Assembly (NCBI GenBank): GCA_043228905.1
Contig: JBHGNT010000008.1
Coordinates: 7,192,001 to 7,256,000 of the forward strand
Direction: 5' to 3'
DNA length: 64,000 nucleotides
Source: Azolla caroliniana
Lineage: Eukaryota > Plantae > Polypodiophyta
Shown: positions 12,998 through 26,834 of the stretch, in pieces
Layout: the number at the start of each line of letters is the position of its first letter
Numbering within the stretch: the first letter of the stretch is position 1
Notes under the pieces: generated by a model
Told to the model about the DNA's origin: nothing
Databases searched by the model: none
The model's input: only the letters and a program-made list of their open reading frames with translations
Made by a program: the position numbers and the translations under genes

Positions 12998-13528
12998 CTC
13001 AGCTGAAGGCATCAACGAGATCTTTCTGTCTCTTTTATCCACATACTCCAGGTTTCTACTGAACCTCTGAATTATTTCCTGACTTGTGCCTACCCGCAGG
13101 CCGAAACAACGGAGATGGCGGGCCATTGGATATGATAATCCACTATTGCCTTCGCCAAGTGAAGATTATCGCAAATATGATAATACTGCCTGATCTTCCG
13201 TAGTGAGTGCACGGGTTTCCGTGGGGTCTTAAGGATCCCGCTGAACCTAAAGAAGAGCTGTTGAATCTTTGACGGCAGGCCATACAGCTAGCTGCCTCTT
13301 TCAGGCATCATTCCTCTTAGCTTAGAAAACGATGGCTTGCTCTTCTTTACCCGCGCCTCTTATCTTAAAGGGAAGCGACCTTTACTTAGGCGGGTTACTT
13401 AGATTACATAGCCAATAATTTTTTCTTTTCTTGGTATTGAAATTCTTTTTGAAAGGAAGATAGAGCCACTCTCGGCTCGGTTTTACTACTCGCGTCGCGA
13501 CTCGCGAGTGAAAAACCAACCCGACTCG

Positions 13529-13783
13529 TCAATCAGATTCTGAATAAACAATCTCGTAATAATTCTGATGACGCATTCTATCAATCATACGTTTCGATGA
13601 TATAATACTACATGCTTGAAGTACTATATCAATCTTTGGTGCACACGAAGCGTATTTGCAAGCAACCAAATAACAATCCTCTTTGAAGGAAAATGAATAC
13701 AAAAAACATTCTTTGTTGAAATTGATCCACTGACTCATCATAAAGTCCCTAGAATAAGAAAAAGATCCATGACTGCTCTTCAT
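13529..13783 (-). pseudogene. matK: Plastid maturase K, N-terminal fragment
   Basis: FLYSFSFKEDCYLVA...KRMIDRMRHQNY resembles matK FLYPLLFQEDxY...KRLIxRMRQQN. Confidence 0.65.
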
Positions 13784-13800
13784 TGTGGTAGTCTCCCAAA

Positions 13801-14150
13801 CTAAAAAAAAAAACAACGGAATAAAAAAAGAATCAATATACTAGCAAATCTCCTTCTACACTTTGCAGCACAGTCCCATACAGGTGAGTTAGAGTGTTCT
13901 AGAAGCTTTGGTGTATTCGCTTCATCGGAGATATATCTCGAAATACTTTCATTAATGTCTTTGTTTGAACCCCCCCCACGACTCGAACTATCTAGAAGCA
14001 GATTCCAAATCTGCCTACCCGTAGTGGAAAGAACATCATTCGATAATCTTGTTCGGGTAGATTCGATGTGGGGTAACCCAACGAGAGGCGGATTCCCTGC
14101 GGGTTCTAACGAGATTGACGAGCCTATGGATTTTTTATCAACAATCAACG
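13801..14150 (-). pseudogene. Probable plastid large-ORF fragment (possibly ycf2)
   Basis: Open 115-codon frame inside the NUPT; identity not certain. Confidence 0.3.
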
Positions 14151-14281
14151 ATCTAGACTAATCCGCCGACAGAAATGTACATTCATCAAGCGCATATGGA
14201 CTTACTACCAGTAGCAGTAGAGGGAGAATCCTTTCCTTTTTCCGAGAATTTGAACTTTCTTATTTTCCCGCGTTTTGTTCT

Positions 14282-15390
<1,109 letters not shown>

Positions 15391-15830
15391 ATTTCTAAGC
15401 GCATAGCTTTGTAATAGTTTTATAAAGCTTCTGCATACTCTCCTTCGGATTGGGCCGACATCCGTTACGGTTGCTAATGCGAATAAGCCCCGTTCCAAAA
15501 CCGTACGTGAGATTTCCATCTCATACGGCTACTCCCGCCCGAAGCACGGGGGGTAGTAACGTTCGAAATAAATTGATTATTTCCTCCCATTCACTCGTGG
15601 GATTCGGGCAATCCGGGGAGGACCGATCACCGCTGACGGACCCCCCCCTCGGGAATCTATACATTCCTTATCAATGTGTGGATGGCTATCTCTCGAGCAC
15701 AAGCTGATGAATTTCGGGCCAGATGTGAGAGACGGAGCACCTGATAACGCATATTCACGGACCAGGAACTACGGGATCACCCTCATCATTTGACGGGTGA
15801 CGGAGGGATCATACTACACGAGCCTTTTCT
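15391..15830 (-). pseudogene. ycf3: 3' part of ycf3 group II intron 1 plus start of exon 2
   Basis: [23 protein letters not shown] (15463-15391), preceded by domain V AGCCGTATGAGATGGAAATCTCACGTACGGTT; far boundary approximate. Confidence 0.9.
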
Positions 15831-15974
15831 AGGGTTCGAACTACGATTAATCCGTACCAATCTACCTTTAAACTTCGTAACAAAAAAGTAAATCGATGCC
15901 AGGTACGTAACATCGACGCTCGATCAACGAATTGCGAAGAAGTGAACTATCTTTCAATCGAAAATATACGGTAG

Positions 15975-16696
<722 letters not shown>

Positions 16697-16697
16697 A

Positions 16698-16898
16698 ACG
16701 AAAGAGGTAAGCACCAAGTCGTTATCCACAGATAGAGATCTCAACTGGACTCCCGAAGCCGAATTAGAGTTAAACAGGATCCCCGGTTTTGTAAGGGGTA
16801 AAATCAAGAGAAATACTGAAATCTCTGCGGAACAAAAAGGCATTGCAGAAATAACAGTCGATGTTATGTATGCAGCCAAAGAAAAACTAAATTCTTGA
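16698..16898 (+). pseudogene. chlB: Light-independent protochlorophyllide reductase subunit B, C-terminal fragment
   Basis: [12 protein letters not shown]...[25 protein letters not shown]...[15 protein letters not shown] (my translation; not in the ORF track). Confidence 0.9.
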
Positions 16899-17241
16899 TT
16901 CGATCATTTTGTTTATTACTAGGAATAAAAAAAACTCAGATAATTTAAATTTGTTTCTAACCATCCATAGTGTTGGAAGCAAAAACGACGACTATCTCAA
17001 TTATTGGGGGGAAAGGGGGTATATTTTATTTTGCAAAAAGGGGATCACGGCTTAGCCCAACTCACTGTTGGATCTTATAGTAGACCGCTTCTTCAGCCAC
17101 AATGAATGCATAAATGATGTTGCAAACCAAACCACTGCTAGCCAATATCTTACGACATCCAGGCCGCAGGTCGATTGGGGGTAAACTTCTGTAGGTCATA
17201 TCGTTGATTTCTCTAGCGGAAACGATGGCATCATTTTGAGG

Positions 17242-17355
17242 GTTGAAGCATTATTATCCGGAATTGTGCTAGGTTCGATCCCAATAACCTTAGCTGGTTC
17301 ATTTGTAACCGCATATTCACAATACAGACATGGTGACCAGTTGGATATTAGATAA
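17242..17355 (+). pseudogene. petG: Cytochrome b6/f subunit 5, lacking a start codon
   Basis: [37 protein letters not shown]. Confidence 0.92.
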
Positions 17356-17696
17356 AAATTAACAACTTTGGGTCTGATAGGACAATTAAATGAATGGGAA
17401 ATAGAAATACAGATATCTATAGATATCTTATGCTTTTTTTTTTCCCATTTCTATTTCTGTTTCCTTCTAGCACCCGATTTCCACCCATCAGAAGCCTTTT
17501 TCTGTTACATGCAGAGAGGTCGAATCCATTATTCCATTGCTTTTTAATGTCTGGTTGCAAATTCAAATACATAAATGATGTGCGGCGTACTTATTGCTTT
17601 CTCGTACCGCCAAAAGCCAAAAGCATTATTTTATTAGTAATCCCGATTAATACAACAATAAGTGGAATGTGAGAGAAAAAGAATTTGGAATTGATT

Positions 17697-17801
17697 ATGC
17701 CCAGATCTCAGAGAAATGACAATTCTATTGATAAGACTTCCACAATTCTAGCAGATATTTTGTTACAAGTTTTGCCGACCACTGAAAGAGAGAGGAAAGC
17801 T
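17697..17801 (+). pseudogene. ycf3: ycf3 exon 1 fragment
   Basis: [35 protein letters not shown]. Confidence 0.9.
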
Positions 17802-17833
17802 GGAGGTCACAGGTTCGAATCCTGTTATTCCGA
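17801..17833 (+). pseudogene. 3' half of a plastid tRNA (probably tRNA-Pro)
   Basis: GGAGGTCACAGGTTCGAATCCTGTTATTCCGA: T-arm ACAGG-TTCGAAT-CCTGT plus acceptor 3' strand; no anticodon present. Confidence 0.7.
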
Positions 17834-18327
17834 TTCAGGAACAAATAAAGGCGAAGGAATATAAAGGAGTGTCAATTATCCCATATTCATTTTCTTCGTT
17901 CGAGTAATAAGAAATACGAAATCTCATACGGATGAAACAAGAAACTCTGGCTATGTCCAAGCTATGATTTTTTTACGTTGTTGAACCCCCTCCTCAAGCC
18001 TCTTGTTCTCGGATTTTTCTATTATCCAAAAATCCCGCACAAAATAAAATTATTTGTTTAATTTCCATTCCAAGTACGGTGGTCTGACAACCTTCCTCTT
18101 ACCAGATAGGGTGATTCCGTGTGCTTGACTAAACCCGTCTCAAAAAAAGAATTTCTTTACGGATATAAATGAAGCAATCCCGAAGTATCTTGATTAGGTT
18201 ATTGGTGTTGACACAGGTTTGCTCTTAAAAAGCACTGATCTACCTCTTCGGCGGATATTCTCTGTCGCTTGAGAGGAATATACGATACTCTTTACACCTG
18301 AAAGTTCGTAAGACGAAGAAGAGATTT

Positions 18328-18671
18328 TTTATGTTTTATTATAAGAAAGTAATGTATATTCCAGATTTCTCTGGAACATTCTAGAAGTTTCAGGATTACT
18401 CCTGACAACACTATAAAAGAAGGCACTAGGCATTATGTTGAACCAAATTGGTTCAACGCCAGTCTTAAGCCTCTTAGCCGCTTGTACTTATCTTTTCATA
18501 TAATATATTAGCTGTTGTCATCATTTTTCTCTCTCTTTCATCCTCGCTATCTCTCTCTCTCCTCTTCTCACTTCCTCTCTCGGGAATCTTACGCAGTCCC
18601 GTCCTCTTAGTACTAATAGTACTGCTCTTCTTAGTACTAATTCCATCTTTGCTTTAGTACTAGTGCTGACA
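18328..18671 (+). repeat. Chromovirus 5' LTR, remaining 344 bp (TATAAAA at 18412-18418)
   Basis: Matches 23637-23980 with about 8 substitutions by eye. Confidence 0.95.
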
Positions 18672-18673
18672 GT

Positions 18674-18685
18674 TTGAACCAATTT
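18674..18685 (+). promoter_or_regulatory. Self-priming type primer-binding site
   Basis: TTGAACCAATTT is the exact reverse complement of AAATTGGTTCAA at 18445-18456; no TGG start, so not a tRNA-CCA complement. Confidence 0.75.
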
Positions 18686-18744
18686 CTCCTTTCCTCCAGC
18701 CTACTTGTCGTTCTCCCTCATCCTCCTACCCTTTTCCCTATACT

Positions 18745-19901
18745 ATGGCTACTGTTAGCGCCCAAGAATATCAATCCGTTTTCTCTGAGTTACAGTGCCT
18801 AAAAGTAAAGTTTGTTGCCCTGGAACAAGAAAACCAACGGTTGATAGGGGATCTACAATAAATCGCTCTCGAAAAACAACAAACGCAACAACAACATGGG
18901 GAGTTAGCATTACGGGTACAACAACTCGAAGCAGCATTGCAACAACAAGGAACAAGTCCCCAAGGATTTCATAAAGAGCCCAAGATTGGACTTCCTGTGA
19001 AATTTGATGGAACGCGATCACAAGTCCGGGGATTCCTTAATTAGGTACGCTTAGTCATCCAGATGCATCCTTCCCGATATTCCGCTGATGCATCTCGAGT
19101 CGGCCTAATAGGCACGTTACTTAGCGGCTCAGCCTTGGCATGGTTCGCTCCGCTTCTAGAAAAACAATCACCCTTGCTTAATAACTTTGAAGATTTTATT
19201 GGTGAGTTTAAAGCCTGCTTTGGAGATACCGACAGCATCAAGACGGCGATCAACAAGATCCGAAGATTGCGTCAAGGCGATCGTCCAGCCTCTGCCTACG
19301 CGGTGGATTTCCGTCTACTCGCCTCAGATATTCGCTGGGATGATCAGGCCCTCATGGAGTAGTTTCGCTACGGCTTGCGCAATGATGTCAAAGATTTGCT
19401 TTTAACCTTCCCCGAAGAACCAAAGTCTCTTACGGAGGCAATCAGTCGAGCGGTTCGATGCGACAACCGCCTTTTCGAACGGCGTTCGGAGCGTCAGTTA
19501 CAAATACCACGCTCTCGGCCGGAACCCACATACGCCTCAGTCATGGCTAAACCATTTGCACGCGATGTACCTCAAGCCAATATTCCGACACCGATGGAAA
19601 TCGACACCATGCGTCGACGCGACCCGTTATCGGAAGAAGAAAAGCAATGACGATGTGCCAATCGATTATGCCTTTATTGCGGTGGACCAGGGCATATCGC
19701 CATCAATTGTCCCCATAGGCTAAGAAGACAGTAAATCAAATCGTCGCCTGTACTAAACCCGAGTCAAGTCTTCCCTTCGGAGTGTCAGATAGTATTAATA
19801 GTACTAATAGAGTGTCAGATAGTATTCATAGTACTAATAGCCCAAGTATCTCAAACAAATTTGAAATCCTTAGTCAATTAGATGAAGAGTTAAACGATTG
19901 A
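18745..19901 (+). pseudogene. Chromovirus gag (retrotrans_gag, CCHC knuckle CLYCGGPGHIAINC)
   Basis: LLSGSALAWFAPLLE, RLRQGDRPASAYAVDFRLLA; stops and frameshifts; ends SNKFEILSQLDEELND*. Confidence 0.88.
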
Positions 19902-22900
19902 GTCCAGCCAAAATAGGAGCCGTTTGGTTGGACAGCAGCCCTAGACCTGTACAGCCCATTAGTGGTTCCATTCCTTCCAAGCAAGTTAGCAATGTGTTCC
20001 TAGCCCAAGTCATTGTTAGTACTAAAAGTACTCCCCTAGTACCCGTCCTAGCACTCTTAGATTCCGGAGCTAATTCATGTTTCATGGATCGAAATTTTGC
20101 CCAAGCTTCTCAGATATCCCTAAGAAAGCTTCCTTGTCCCACATCTGTAGTAGTCATTGATGGTCGTCCCATTGCTTCCGGGAATATTGTAGAAGAATCA
20201 GAACCCATTCAAGTTGTCCTAGGTAGTTTTGTGTGTGTAATATCATTTAATATAATTAGTAGTCCAGAGCATCCCATTTTCCTAGGATTACCTTGGTTTG
20301 AATTACATAATCCAACCATAGATCGGAGAACAAGAGAAGTCTGATATCGACCACCCCAAGAATCTACTCACCGAGTTTCGACCATTTCACTCCATCAATT
20401 ACGCGAAGAAGGACACAAGGAGGCAATGTTCCTATTTGCAATATCAGTACATCCTTCCAGCACTATTAAGGACTCCTCAGTACAACTTCCGGCAAAATAT
20501 CATCCTTATGCCGATGTATTTGACAAGGTAAAAGCCGGTACCCTTCCTCATCACCGTCCCTATGACTGTCCCATCGATTTACAACCAGGAACCGAGCCAC
20601 CATGTGGACCAATTTACAACTTGTCACCCACCGAGTTAGAAGTCCTTCGAGCCTACATAGAGGAGAACTTGGCAAGCGGGTTCATCCGTCATTCGAAATC
20701 TCCGGCCGGTGCACCCATCTTCTTTGTCAAGAAGAAAGATGGCTCACTTCGTCTCGTCGTTGATTACCGCGGATTGAATAAGTTCACCATCCGGAATAGG
20801 TATGCACTTCCTCTTATATCAAGTCTTTTAGAGCGAGTTAATGGTGCCAAGTTTTTTACCAAAATCGATCTACGAGGAGCGTATAACCTCGTGCGGATCC
20901 AACCGGGAGATGAATGGAAGACCGCCTTTCGCACGCGGTATGGGCATTTCGAGTATACTGTTATGTCGTTCGGCCTAACCAATGCACCCGCAGTCTTCCA
21001 ACACATGGCAAATGATATATTCAGAGACCTCTTGGATATCTGTTTGATCATCTATCTTGATGATCTATTGATTTATTCGAAGACCCAACAAGAGCACGAT
21101 TCTCATGTACTATTAGTACTAAAGCGACTCCGCGAGAATGGTCTTTATGCCAAGCTAGAAAAATGTAGCTTTGACTGCAAGCAAGTGGAATTTCTAGGCT
21201 ACATCATCTCCTCAAAGGGCATCGCCATGGATCCAGCTAAAGTCCAAACTGTACTAGAGTGGCAAATTCCACGGTCGGTACGAGATGTACAATGTTTTCT
21301 AGGTTTTGCTAACTTTTATCGTAAGTTTATACAGGATTACTCGAAGATTATCTTACCCCTCACACAACTTACGAAGAAGGGCCAAGCATTTCTTTGGTCC
21401 ATTGAAGCAGATATGGCTTTTCGGCATCTTAAGAAAGCCTTTACATCAGCACCGATTCTAGCTCATGTGGATACTAGCAAACCATTCATCATGGAGGCCG
21501 ATGCTTTAGATTTCGCCCTCGGTAGCATCCTTTCTCAACAAGGAGATAAAGAAGAGCTGCATCCGGTGGCTTTCCATTCGCGCAAATTCGATGTTGCGGA
21601 AATCAACTACGAAATACATGACAATGAGTTATTAGCCATCGTGGATTCATTTGTGCAATGGAGGCATTTCTTAGAGGGCTCTCCACATCAGGTCGTTGTC
21701 TTTAGTGATCATAAAAATCTTGCTTATTTCCAGAACGCTCGCGTACTAAATCGACGGCAAGCTCGGTGAGCGCAATTCCTCACGCGTTTCGACTTCAAAA
21801 TCACATATCGACCAGGGAAGCAGCAAGGAAAAGCAGATGCACTATCACGGCGTTCATATCTTGCACCTCGTCCTGGTGATCCAACATTTGATAATCAAAA
21901 GCAAGTAATCTTGGGACCAACACGATTGCACACGACGCGGATTTTTTCACACCCCGATGGATTCACGGATTACCGATGACATACGTGCAAACTTGAAGAT
22001 GGATAGTTTTGCTCAAGACATCCTGGCGCACATTGATACTTCTCGGGCATCCTGTTCTCAGTCCCAACAACCAGGTATTGACTACCGACAATTCGAATAT
22101 CATGATGGTTTGTTATTCTTTAAAAAGTGTGTATATGTCCCCGGTTGCTCTTGTCACCTTCAAATCGTCCAGCATTGTCACGACACCCATACGGCGGGAC
22201 ATTTCGGTAGTACTAAGACGTTGGAGCTAGTGCAGCGATCTTTTTGGTGGCCCCACATGCGCCGTTTTGTCGACGACTACGTTCGGACCTGTGATGCTTG
22301 CTGCCGAGCAAAGATGCCACGACACCATCCATATGGCTTGTTGGAACCCTTACCGATTCCAAGTAAGCTGTGGCAGTCTATTTGTCTTGATTTTATCACA
22401 GATCTGCCGCTCTCGTAGGGGTTCGATGCTATCTTAACCGTCATCGATCGATATATGAAGATGGCACATTTTGTTTCGTGTACTAAGGCCATCACTAGCG
22501 AGGAAACCGCCGCCCTAGTCATGCATGAGGTATTTCGGCATCATGGCCTCCCAGACAGTATCATCAGTGACCGAGGACCGCAATTTGTCTCCAAATTTTG
22601 GCAGCATCTGTTCAAGATGCTCAAGGTCTCTTGCAACCTCTCCTCTGGCTACCATCCTCAGACCGATGGGCAGGCAGAACGAACAAACCAAACGCTGGAG
22701 CAATATCTCTGGTGTTTCCTGAGTTATCAACAGGATGATTGGGCCGAGATTCTCCACTTTGCGGAGTTTGTGTATAATAATGTTGTTCACTCCTCGACTC
22801 GAGTCTCCCCATTCTACGCTTATACCGGTTCTCATCCTCACTGGTCGGTGATCGACACCCCGGAGCTACCTACCAATCCTCGTGCCGGGGATCATTTGGA

Positions 22901-23525
22901 GAGACTACGCAAGATCCAGACAGATCTCTCGACTCATCTTTGTCATGCTCAACAGACATAGAAGACTTACGCGAATCATCATCGGCTTCCCTCCTCTTTT
23001 GCCATCGGAGATCGAGTATGGCTCTTACGTCATCACATCAAGACTACTCGACCGTGCGACAAGTTGGACTATCGACGACTCGGTCCTTTCCGTATTACGG
23101 GTAAAGTTAATGATGTCACATTCCGCCTTGATCTCCCTCCGCAGCTTCAGATACATCCGGTTTTCCATTGTTCTCTTCTTGAACCTTATAAAGCAAACAT
23201 CATTCCCGATCGTGTTACACCACCGCCGCCCCCGTTGGAGTTGGACGCCGGCCCGGAGTATGAAGTTGTTGCCATCCTCGATTCCAAACTTATTCGCAAC
23301 AAACTTTATTATTTGGTCGATTGGGTTGGTTATAGTCCGAGCGAACGTATTCGCAACAAACTTTATTATTTGGTCGATTGGGTTGGTTATAGTCCGAGCG
23401 AACGCACTTGGGAACCCGTCGAGCATGTTGCCAATGCTCAGGATCTGCTTGCTGATTTCCACCGAAAGTATCCGGACAAACCCGGTCCGCAATCAACGCC
23501 GACTCGTTCCACTCGTCGTCTTTAA
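19886..23525 (+). pseudogene. Chromovirus pol: PR (ALLDSGA), RT (YLDD), RNase H, integrase, chromodomain
   Basis: Same-frame ORFs 19898-20344 and 20426-21769, then 21957-22418, 22455-22961 and 23064-23525; chromodomain EYEVVAILDS...YLVDWVGYSPSERTWEP. Confidence 0.93.
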
Positions 23526-23536
23526 GGGAGATATAG

Positions 23537-23980
23537 TGTCAGGATATGGCAAGACTCGAACCCATGACCTTATGGTATATGGGTCGAGCTCTTAACCATC
23601 ACACCATCTATTGTAATTCATAGGATATTATTTTCATTTATGTTTTATTATAAGAAAGTAATGTATATTCCGGATTTCTCTAGAACATTCTAGAAGTTTC
23701 AGGATTACTCCTGACAACACTATAAAAGAAGGCACTAGGCATTATGTTGAACCAAATTGGTTCAACGCTAGTCTTAAGCCTCTTAGCCACTTGTATTTAT
23801 CTTTTCATATAATATATTAGCTGCTGTCATCATTTTTCTCTCTCTTTCATCCTCGCTATCTCTCTCTCTCCTCTTCTCACTTCCTCTCTCGGGAATCTTA
23901 CGCAGTCCCGTCCTCTTAGTACTAATAGTACTGCTCTTCTTAGTACTAATTCCATCTCTGCTTTAGTACTATTGCTGACA
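23537..23980 (+). repeat. Chromovirus 3' LTR (444 bp, uninterrupted)
   Basis: TG...CA, preceded by PPT, followed by TSD GAAAC. Confidence 0.96.
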
Positions 23981-25185
23981 GAAACGGCATCCCGCTCCGA
24001 GTGGTGGCGAAGAAAGAGGAACAAGAAGAATTGTTGACGACATACCACGAGAGTCCCTGGGCCAGACACCGCAGGACGTGGGCCACATTCGAGAAGCTAA
24101 AGGGGAAGTACTGGTGGTCGGGACTATACCGGGACGTGCATCGGTTCGTGACGACTTGTGAAAGCTGTCAGGTGCACTCCATAGTCCGACATCGGGACGA
24201 GCTTCACCCGACCTACCCTCCGACCGTCTACTTCAATGTGGATGGTGGATTTGGTGACGATGTCGATGGGGGTAGGGCAGATGCGGTATCTGGTGCTGGC
24301 TTGGGAGGACCTGACAAACCAGGTGGAAGGCCGAGCGTTGCAGAACAAAATGATTGCGGCCATGTGCCGATTTCTGATCGAAGAAGTGGTATGCCGGTAC
24401 GGGTGCGTAGGTAAGATCGTGGCCGACTGCGGAGAATTGGACGCGCAAGAGGCGGAAGAGCTATTTGACCTGCTAGGGATTAAACTCTCGCTCACCACAG
24501 CATACAATCCGGAGGCTAACGAGAAGGTGGAACGCGGACACGGGACGATCGTCAAAGCGTTAGTACGAGCGTGTGGAGGCCAAGTCGGGAACTGGCCGCG
24601 GCTCTTACCCTATGCATTGTGGGCGGACTGAACTACGCATAGTTCGGTAATTCGGTTCATGCCGGTAGAGCTAATGTACGGGCAGAAGCCGATCATGCCA
24701 ACAGAGCAGACGATCTCCTCATGGGCCACGGTGGACTGGAAAGACGAGATGAGCCAGGAGGAGTTGTTAGCGGCACGGATTCGGCAGCTGGAGCGAAGAC
24801 CGGAGGACGTGAACCGAGTCGCAGAGAAGCTACGGGTGGCGAGGGTAAAGAACAAAGGACGGTTCGACCGGACTCACCGACTGAGACCGAAGAAGATCGA
24901 GGAAGGCGACTGGGTTCTAGTGTATGACAGTAGCCTTGACAACCAGCACAGGGCAATGCGGAAGTTTACAAGAAGGTGGTTCAGGCCTTATGTGGTGACA
25001 AGCGCCAACTACAATGGGACCTACCATCTCGCGGAGCTCGACGGGACAAGGATGGCGGTACCGGTGGCGGGGAAGAGTATCAAAGCATTCAAAAAGCGGC
25101 ACGAGGCTGAACCGGGCCCGAACGACCTGGATACCGACAACGACCGGCTCGGAAAGGATGTCGATCCGGAAGACAAGCGGCCCGC

Positions 25186-26620
25186 TGAGAGGGCCGCCCC
25201 TCTGGCCTTTCTGACCCACTTGACGTCGACCACAACCTCATACTTCTGGCGCGCAGCTTCTATGAAGCTGGTCTTTTCTTCTACCGGGTCATTCCACCTG
25301 GTGACCTCCCGGACCCACCTCTCTACGCGGACTGCCTTTTCTCTCTTCAGCTTCTTCTTGAAGAAGCATTCCAACACCACAGGCCAGAATCTGATGTCAT
25401 TTAATGTCTCGGCGCTCTTATCTCCTCCGACCCGGATACCGGCCGAAACTTAGTAATGGATGGCTTGTACATGTTGGCTCGCCGCCTCTTCCATTATACT
25501 CTTCATTCCGCCCCGATCGGTGTTCATTTCTAGGGGCCTCCTCATCTGATTGGCATGTACTTGGTGATTCCAAATGTAGACGACATTATTCTTTAGTGCT
25601 TGGCGAAGTTGGCATAGTTCCTTTGGATGTGGTCGACAATATCGCACCACATGCACCTAAGGCCATTAGGCGAGTGCCGATCACAAGATTGAATCCCCCC
25701 ATCCCTTTGAGCCTGAGCAATCTAGAGGTCGCACACCATCTTTGTGAGCTCCTCCAGTGTTGCACCTCCACAGTCCGTCAACTACATTGGTCGGAACTGG
25801 GCCCGACTCGACCGACCTTCTCGCCTCATCCGACCAAGTCAGCACCTCCCCTGTCACTCCTCTTGTGGTCAGGCTTATCAACGACGTCCCTCGTCGATCC
25901 ATTCATGCCTTTTATCGAAACGGATGCATACCCTCTTGACCATGGTCCAATCGGTCGTGAGTCCATTGTCCATCTCCAGGAGGAGACCTACCTTCTCTCG
26001 TTCGCATGGATCGACTGATTTGATAAATAGAAGGACCTTGCTCGTGTCAAGGACGGTCTAGTCCAAGGTCAATAGACGTGCAAACCACTTCTCAAATTCT
26101 TGGAGAAGGGCCATCATCTTCCTTCCTTTCCCTAGGAGCTCGAACCACTCCATGACCTCCTTTTATTGACAACCAGAGCAAGTCATCGAAGCCGTACCTT
26201 TAAAGGAGTTCCTCTTCGAACTCCGACCAATTACAACAATTGACCTGAATCTCGAGTACTTCTACATGGATACTTGGTGTCACTACTCAAGCAAACCCGG
26301 ACAATCGCCAGTCTTCTGGGATATTCTGCATTAACATTTCTGCCTTATAGGCCTTCAAGTAGTTTGTAACGTCCCTTCCTTTAAATCGGCCTAATGTGCC
26401 GACTATTGTTTCAATGGCTTTGACGAGCCCCACCGAGCTCTCTCGGGCATTCACGAGGCGATCCACAGCAGCCACCATTTCCTCTGCGAGCTCACCTCCC
26501 CTCATCGTTAACTCCCTTGCCACCCTTTCATGTCGAGTTCACCAAGGATGTCGCTGAAATCCGTGGCTTGTGGGTCGGCTTAGGCGGGACCACCAGGGTC
26601 TCAGACCAAGGAGCTTAAGA
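25186..26620 (-). mobile_element. 5' fragment of a Trp-family Ty3/gypsy: LTR end, PBS and gag
   Basis: LTR ends at 26549; PBS TGGTGAACTCGACATGA (26544-26528); gag MVAAVDRLV...TIVGTLGRFKGRD homologous to 1443-2800. Confidence 0.82.
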
Positions 26621-26834
26621 ATGAGTGGCGATTGAGTTTGCAGCGACCGATCCGACCTAGTTACCGGAGTCCATTTATTGAGCACATAGGTTCATGGAAC
26701 CATATCTATTGAGATATCAAGCTCAACTAAGTTTAGCCATTTAGTTAACCACATAACTTAGTAGTTACCTAGATAGAATCTACTTAGTGTGTTGACCTTT
26801 TAAACTCTTAAATAGGATCTTGTACTTGTACATA

